A DNA stretch of 20,000 bases from an uncultured virus (IMG/VR IMGVR_UViG_3300017991_003073) (taxonomy: Duplodnaviria; Heunggongvirae; Uroviricota; Caudoviricetes), in IMG/VR virus record IMGVR_UViG_3300017991_003073, one strand, 5' to 3'. The first letter of the stretch is position 1, and the number at the start of each line of letters is the position of its first letter. The position numbers and the translations under genes are program-made. Under the pieces are notes generated by a model. That model searched no databases and had not been told where the DNA came from. It saw only the letters and a list, made by a program, of their open reading frames with translations. This document shows positions 16,402-20,000 of this stretch, one piece after another.

Positions 16402-16889
16402 ACGAATTACGAGCCGCCGTCATAGCCGTCCTGTTCGTCGGAGGGACTTTCCTCTTCGGCTCCCTGCTGATCGTCTGCACCGAGTGTGTGGATTCGCGGG
16501 AGTCTCGTCCTCCTGTTCCTCCGGCTTCCGAGAACGTGGCGACGGTCGAGCCAGTGTCTGATGAGAACGTCGAGGTCTATCGCATCCAGAACCTCCCTGA
16601 CACAGGGATAGGCGAGGGAGCGTGTACTGCGATGGAGACGGCGCGGGAGACTCCGGGGGATCCGGTCGTAGCTTATCTGCGGCGACGGAACGTGGTTGTC
16701 ACCATGACAATGCTTCCGGAGGAGTGGGTGGTCGAGTTCGACATCCGAGGGCAGCAGGCCACCTCCGAGCATGTTCGGGTCATCGAGATTTGGATGGCGG
16801 CTTGCTGGCCTGACCAGCAGTTCCAGGGCGAGGATTTCCAGGGCATAGACGGGGACGAATCCGCTGTGGTGATTCGGGTTCCTCGGTAA
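16398..16889 (+). CDS. Hypothetical protein with N-terminal membrane anchor or signal sequence (163 aa)
   Basis: ATGA overlap; hydrophobic AAVIAVLFVGGTFLFGSLLIV followed by a Pro-rich linker. Confidence 0.8.
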   Translation: MNELRAAVIAVLFVGGTFLFGSLLIVCTECVDSRESRPPVPPASENVATVEPVSDENVEVYRIQNLPDTGIGEGACTAMETARETPGDPVVAYLRRRNVVVTMTMLPEEWVVEFDIRGQQATSEHVRVIEIWMAACWPDQQFQGEDFQGIDGDESAVVIRVPR

Positions 16890-16901
16890 GGGGGTTTTGT
16901 T

Positions 16902-17108
16902 GTGGTCGATAGCGTGAAGGTAGGAATGAAGGCTCGCTTCTTCCACCCTCGTACCCTGGGCGTAATGCACCAGGGAACGGTTATCAAAGCCGATCCATCT
17001 GCCCCGGAACACCGGCAGGTTCTGGTTCGGTTTGATGTGGACGACAAGGCGCACTGGACGTTCCCTGACTGCATCGTCCGTAAGCAGGAGGGGTCCGATG
17101 GACTGTAG
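16902..17108 (+). CDS. Small SH3/KOW-like protein (68 aa)
   Basis: GTG start after AAGGGGG; pattern VKVGMKARF...QGTVIK...VLVRFD. Confidence 0.7.
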   Translation: MVDSVKVGMKARFFHPRTLGVMHQGTVIKADPSAPEHRQVLVRFDVDDKAHWTFPDCIVRKQEGSDGL

Positions 17109-17151
17109 TCGTTGCGGTGTGGTGATTCGAGTCCCCCACAACCACGATTGA
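17098..17151 (+). pseudogene. Truncated zinc-finger gene remnant (MDCSRCGVVIRVPHNHD*)
   Basis: Strong RBS AGGAGG upstream; 5' end nearly identical to 17636; TGA after 17 codons. Confidence 0.45.
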
Positions 17152-17187
17152 ATGCCAGGGTGCTACAGGGCATTGCTAGGAGACACC

Positions 17188-17646
17188 ATGGAAAGAGAAC
17201 GTAGACGTACAATCGAAGAGCGAAAGCTAAGCCCCGAGACGTTTACAGGATGGGAAGCCGCGAAGGCTCGTTTCCATGAAGCTAACGAAGCTGCAAAGGA
17301 GGCTCAGGCGAATCTCCAGAGAGTCAAGGCTCAGATGGCGCAGGAACTCACAGGCCTTAACATCGGAGATGTCATCGAATTGCTTGACTGGGGAGGTAGG
17401 TCCCGGCAGCCTGCGGTAGTCGAGGGGTTCTACGGTGGAGGACATGTAGACTTTGGGGAGGTCAAGGTGCGCCACATCAAGAAGGACGGAACCTGTGGCA
17501 AACACCTTACCTTCATTGAGCCGAACGGGAACATGGCCTGGGGTGATGGGACCAGATGTTGGGGTCAAAAGTGGAAGGCAACAGGCGAGCGGCATCCGTT
17601 GCCGTTGGACGACGCTAGAGGGGAGCAAGAGGCTGATGAAGTGTAG
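17188..17646 (+). CDS. Hypothetical phage-type protein (152 aa), N-terminal helix plus beta-rich C-terminus
   Basis: Start refined to ATG 17188 with AGGAG at 17178-17182; contains LNIGDVIEL...VKVRHIKKDG. Confidence 0.8.
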   Translation: MERERRRTIEERKLSPETFTGWEAAKARFHEANEAAKEAQANLQRVKAQMAQELTGLNIGDVIELLDWGGRSRQPAVVEGFYGGGHVDFGEVKVRHIKKDGTCGKHLTFIEPNGNMAWGDGTRCWGQKWKATGERHPLPLDDARGEQEADEV

Positions 17647-17758
17647 TCGTTGCGGTGGCCCCATTCGGGTTATCGGGGATAGCTACATCACTCTGTAAGA
17701 CGGGACGGTCTTGTGCCCTGCGTGTTGGTTGAACCGACCGTGGAGGGACGACCTGTAG
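17636..17758 (+). pseudogene. Small CxxC...CxxC zinc-finger gene interrupted by an in-frame TAA
   Basis: MKCSRCGGPIRVIGDSYITL*DGTVLCPACWLNRPWRDDL*. The TAA at 17696-17698 lies between the two CxxC pairs, and the frame exactly fills the gap to the next gene's RBS. Confidence 0.65.
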
Positions 17759-17771
17759 GAAGACGAAACAG

Positions 17772-18242
17772 ATGCGACTAATCCGAGTGCCTATCCATGT
17801 GTTGCGTTACATCGCTGAAGCGATGGGCGACCTCCCCGTGCGAAAGTACCGCGTCGTAGATGGCTATGGCATCCGGCTCGAAGGTGAACCTCGTGAAGGC
17901 CCTCTAACCGATAAGCAGATCCGGTCTTGCTTGATCGGTGAGAAGGAAGAGACGTGGTTCATCGAGGCCGACTCCGTCCAGGAAGCTAAGGCCAAGCTGG
18001 CGGAGTTCGAGGGGTTCAAGGTTGGTGCTTTGGAGATCGGAGAGGGGCAACCGGAGATCATCGACTGCGACCGCCTGTACTCGACTGATCGCGAGTACAT
18101 GTGCGCTTGCTGCCCCGAGTACCCAGAGGCTCACCAGCCGTGCATGTTCGAGGGCGCGGACCCTCCCGAGGACTGCCCGTACGCCACAGCTTATGGACGT
18201 GATGCTCCGTGGCGATCCCGCAGGCGGTCTGTCTACCCTTAG
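17772..18242 (+). CDS. Hypothetical protein with C-terminal Cys cluster (156 aa)
   Basis: AGGAAG upstream; CACC...PC...CPY near the C-terminus. Confidence 0.75.
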   Translation: MRLIRVPIHVLRYIAEAMGDLPVRKYRVVDGYGIRLEGEPREGPLTDKQIRSCLIGEKEETWFIEADSVQEAKAKLAEFEGFKVGALEIGEGQPEIIDCDRLYSTDREYMCACCPEYPEAHQPCMFEGADPPEDCPYATAYGRDAPWRSRRRSVYP

Positions 18243-18256
18243 TCTGGAGTCGAGAC

Positions 18257-18523
18257 ATGGCCAAAGCTAAAGCTGAACCTGACCTTGAGGAACTCAATCG
18301 CTGTGTGGCGGCGAAGATGGGTAAGCCCGTGCGTCGGTACTCCAGTGACATAAGCCTCGTCAGTGACATGTTGGAGTGGATCGCAGGGCGAGCGAAGGTG
18401 CCGGGGGTCACCCGGATGAAGAACTCCGACAACACAGAAGGGGCGTGGCGTTGGAGTGGCAATGCCAAGGACGACGGGCCGTGCATCGTCTGCTGCAAGG
18501 CCGTGCTTTCGGTGGTGGAGTGA
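18257..18523 (+). CDS. Phage ABA-sandwich-like small protein (88 aa)
   Basis: Start refined to ATG 18257 with GGAG upstream. ELNRCVAAKMG...YSSDISLV...PCIVCCKAVLSVV resembles the ELDxxVAxxMG...YSTDI...PxAICxAAL pattern. Confidence 0.6.
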   Translation: MAKAKAEPDLEELNRCVAAKMGKPVRRYSSDISLVSDMLEWIAGRAKVPGVTRMKNSDNTEGAWRWSGNAKDDGPCIVCCKAVLSVVE

Positions 18524-18541
18524 TTGAAGCTAAGGGCATCC

Positions 18542-19039
18542 ATGCAACGGGTACGGATCTACACAGACGGAGGGTGTCTCAAGAACCCCGGTGGTATAGG
18601 GGCTTGGGCGGCGGTCCTTCAGTGGGGCACCAGAAATGCTGATGACACCTTCACCGTGACCTTCCAGAAGCGTATCGGCGGTGCTGAGGCGGAGACCACT
18701 AACAACCGAATGGAGTTGGTTGCAGCGATCCGCGCTTTGGAGGCGTTGAAGAAGGAAGGCCTGCGGGTCGAGGTCTTCTCGGACAGTCAATACCTCGTGA
18801 AGGGCATGACGGAGTGGATGACCCGATGGATCGAGCAGGACTGGAAGGGCGTAGCTAACGACGATCTCTGGCGCGTCCTACTTGTGCTATCCCACAAGCA
18901 GCGAGTCAGCTGGACCTGGATCCGGGGCCACGACGGCCACCCCGAGAACGAGGTGGCTGACGCACTGGTCGCAGTGTTGATGCGTCGAGTGAAGGCAGGG
19001 GCACCCGCGTCCTCCGTCACTATCGAAGAGACTGACTGA
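18542..19039 (+). CDS. rnhA: Ribonuclease HI
   Basis: IYTDGGCLKNPG, TTNNRMEL, SDSQY, NDDLW, WIRGHDGHPENEVAD: all four acidic catalytic residues and the His are present. Start is ATG 18542 or TTG 18524. Confidence 0.96.
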   Translation: MQRVRIYTDGGCLKNPGGIGAWAAVLQWGTRNADDTFTVTFQKRIGGAEAETTNNRMELVAAIRALEALKKEGLRVEVFSDSQYLVKGMTEWMTRWIEQDWKGVANDDLWRVLLVLSHKQRVSWTWIRGHDGHPENEVADALVAVLMRRVKAGAPASSVTIEETD

Positions 19040-19055
19040 CCTAGAAAGAGAGCCA

Positions 19056-19451
19056 ATGCCAGCTGAAAAGAAGAAAGCCAGGAAGGCTACAAAGAAGGTG
19101 AAGATCTGGACTGAGGCCTACAACCCTTTCGTTATGGGAGGCTCGTGCCACTACGCCCTGGGAACCAAGGTCGAAGCTGACGGACCGCACGATTTAGGGA
19201 AGGGGAGAACGGGCTACCTTGTAACTGCCCCCGATGGAAGTACGTGTGTGGCCGAGGCTACATCCGGCGCGATAGTTGGGCCTGACCTTGAGACCGTTCG
19301 CGGTCACGTTGCAGCGGCGGAAGAAGCTGTGATGGAGAAGCAGGTGGCCGATGCTTTGGAGCGAGGGGGTACAGCTAAGATGGTGGAGCCTGAAGAGTTT
19401 TGGCGTCTGCGTGGCAATCTGAAGAAGTCAGAGTCAGCCAAGAAAGACTAG
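19056..19451 (+). CDS. Hypothetical protein (131 aa)
   Basis: Fills the gap between rnhA and thyX; basic N-terminus; no family recognised. Confidence 0.8.
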   Translation: MPAEKKKARKATKKVKIWTEAYNPFVMGGSCHYALGTKVEADGPHDLGKGRTGYLVTAPDGSTCVAEATSGAIVGPDLETVRGHVAAAEEAVMEKQVADALERGGTAKMVEPEEFWRLRGNLKKSESAKKD

Positions 19452-19479
19452 TTCCGAAAACAACACCGAAAGGAAGGTC

Positions 19480-20000
19480 ATGTTCCGACCCGAAGTCACC
19501 CTCCACAACAGCTTCCGCACCCCTTACGACAACAGCGTAGCCACGGCTCGAACCTGCTACTCCTCGAAGGGGATCGTCACCGACGAAGAAGTGCGAGGTG
19601 AGCATCTCGATGACCCGAAGAAGGTGGCGAAGGCTTTGGAGCGTCGGGACGGCCTTGCCGCGTCGGTGTTCGACGCCACCCATCACACAACACTGCAACA
19701 CGCGCATTTCCAGTTCGCATTGAGCGGCATTTCGCGGCAGTTCACCTGGGCCTTCCTTCACTCTCATTTTCATTACAATTCGGAACAGGTCAGCCAACGG
19801 TATGTTGAGGTACGACCCGAGAACGTGGTGGTGCCTCCCTTTGATACCGAAGAACAGGAGCGGTGGTACTGCGGCACGGTCGCCATGCTGATGGAGCGTT
19901 ACTCCCAGCTAGCAGACCTCCTAATGCCTACCCTTACGGAAGCCTATCTCGAACGCTTCCCCGGTCGGAAGGACAGTGCAGGCCCTGCGATTCGCAAGAA
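19480..20000 (+). CDS. thyX: FAD-dependent thymidylate synthase (ThyX family), 3' end outside window
   Basis: Manual translation from ATG 19480 (AGGAAGG upstream): MFRPEVTLHNSF...ATARTCYS...THHTTLQHAHFQFALSGISRQFTWAFLHSHFHYNSEQVSQRYV..., open to the window end. Not in the ORF track. Confidence 0.88.
   Translation, partial: MFRPEVTLHNSFRTPYDNSVATARTCYSSKGIVTDEEVRGEHLDDPKKVAKALERRDGLAASVFDATHHTTLQHAHFQFALSGISRQFTWAFLHSHFHYNSEQVSQRYVEVRPENVVVPPFDTEEQERWYCGTVAMLMERYSQLADLLMPTLTEAYLERFPGRKDSAGPAIRK

Larger units (their letters stand above)
1..20000. mobile_element. Probable large bacteriophage/virus genome segment (large plasmid or ICE not excluded)
   Basis: Stand-alone nucleotide-metabolism and replication genes (nrdJ, rnhA, thyX, PolA-like) are interspersed with many short orphan ORFs and with DUF932-like and ABA-sandwich-like phage-type proteins. 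Genes are tightly packed or overlapping, and no cellular housekeeping operon is present. No hallmark virion gene is seen. Confidence 0.75.

Noticed and set aside
15445..17141. Minus-strand ORFs of 316 aa (15445-16395) and 244 aa (16407-17141)
   Set aside because: Antisense shadows of the GHKL-zincin gene and its downstream neighbours; no motifs.
17149..17698. Stop-codon recoding (TAA or TGA/selenocysteine) to explain the interrupted zinc-finger ORFs
   Set aside because: The two stops differ, long conserved genes (nrdJ, rnhA, PolA-like) have no in-frame stops, and all three stops end genes normally. Pseudogenisation or sequence error is simpler.
1..20000. CRISPR array, IS element, integrase, intein or intron
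   Set aside because: No regularly spaced repeats, no transposase or recombinase motifs, and no insertions in nrdJ or the polymerase were seen.

Overview
A densely coded, GC-rich segment that reads as part of a large bacteriophage or other viral genome (inference from gene content; no capsid, terminase or integrase gene is in view). Recognisable genes: a class II B12-dependent ribonucleotide reductase (nrdJ), RNase HI, a ThyX-type thymidylate synthase running off the right end, a strongly reduced family A DNA polymerase, a J-domain protein, a DUF932-like protein, a GHKL ATPase fused to an HExxH zincin-like domain, and a 661-aa multidomain protein joining a phosphorothioation-associated-type methyltransferase to an XF1762/Mom-like GNAT domain. 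Many small orphan genes lie between them. Two real ORFs are missing from the supplied track because they leave the window: a >526-codon minus-strand ORF (<2-1579) and thyX (19480->20000). Most notable observations: (1) the methyltransferase-GNAT protein has a [T/V]VG motif at its N-terminus, at two inter-domain linkers and at its C-terminus, and VG motifs recur in nearby membrane-anchored proteins, suggesting a protease-processed DNA-modification polyprotein; (2) a PolA that seems to lack the thumb and an active exonuclease but keeps its catalytic residues, with its start codon interlocked head-to-head with the J-domain gene in a palindrome; (3) a 25-bp dyad-containing motif shared by two operon leaders; (4) a gene bracketed by a direct repeat that encodes two broken zinc-finger genes. 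All family assignments come from motif recognition by eye, not from database searches.
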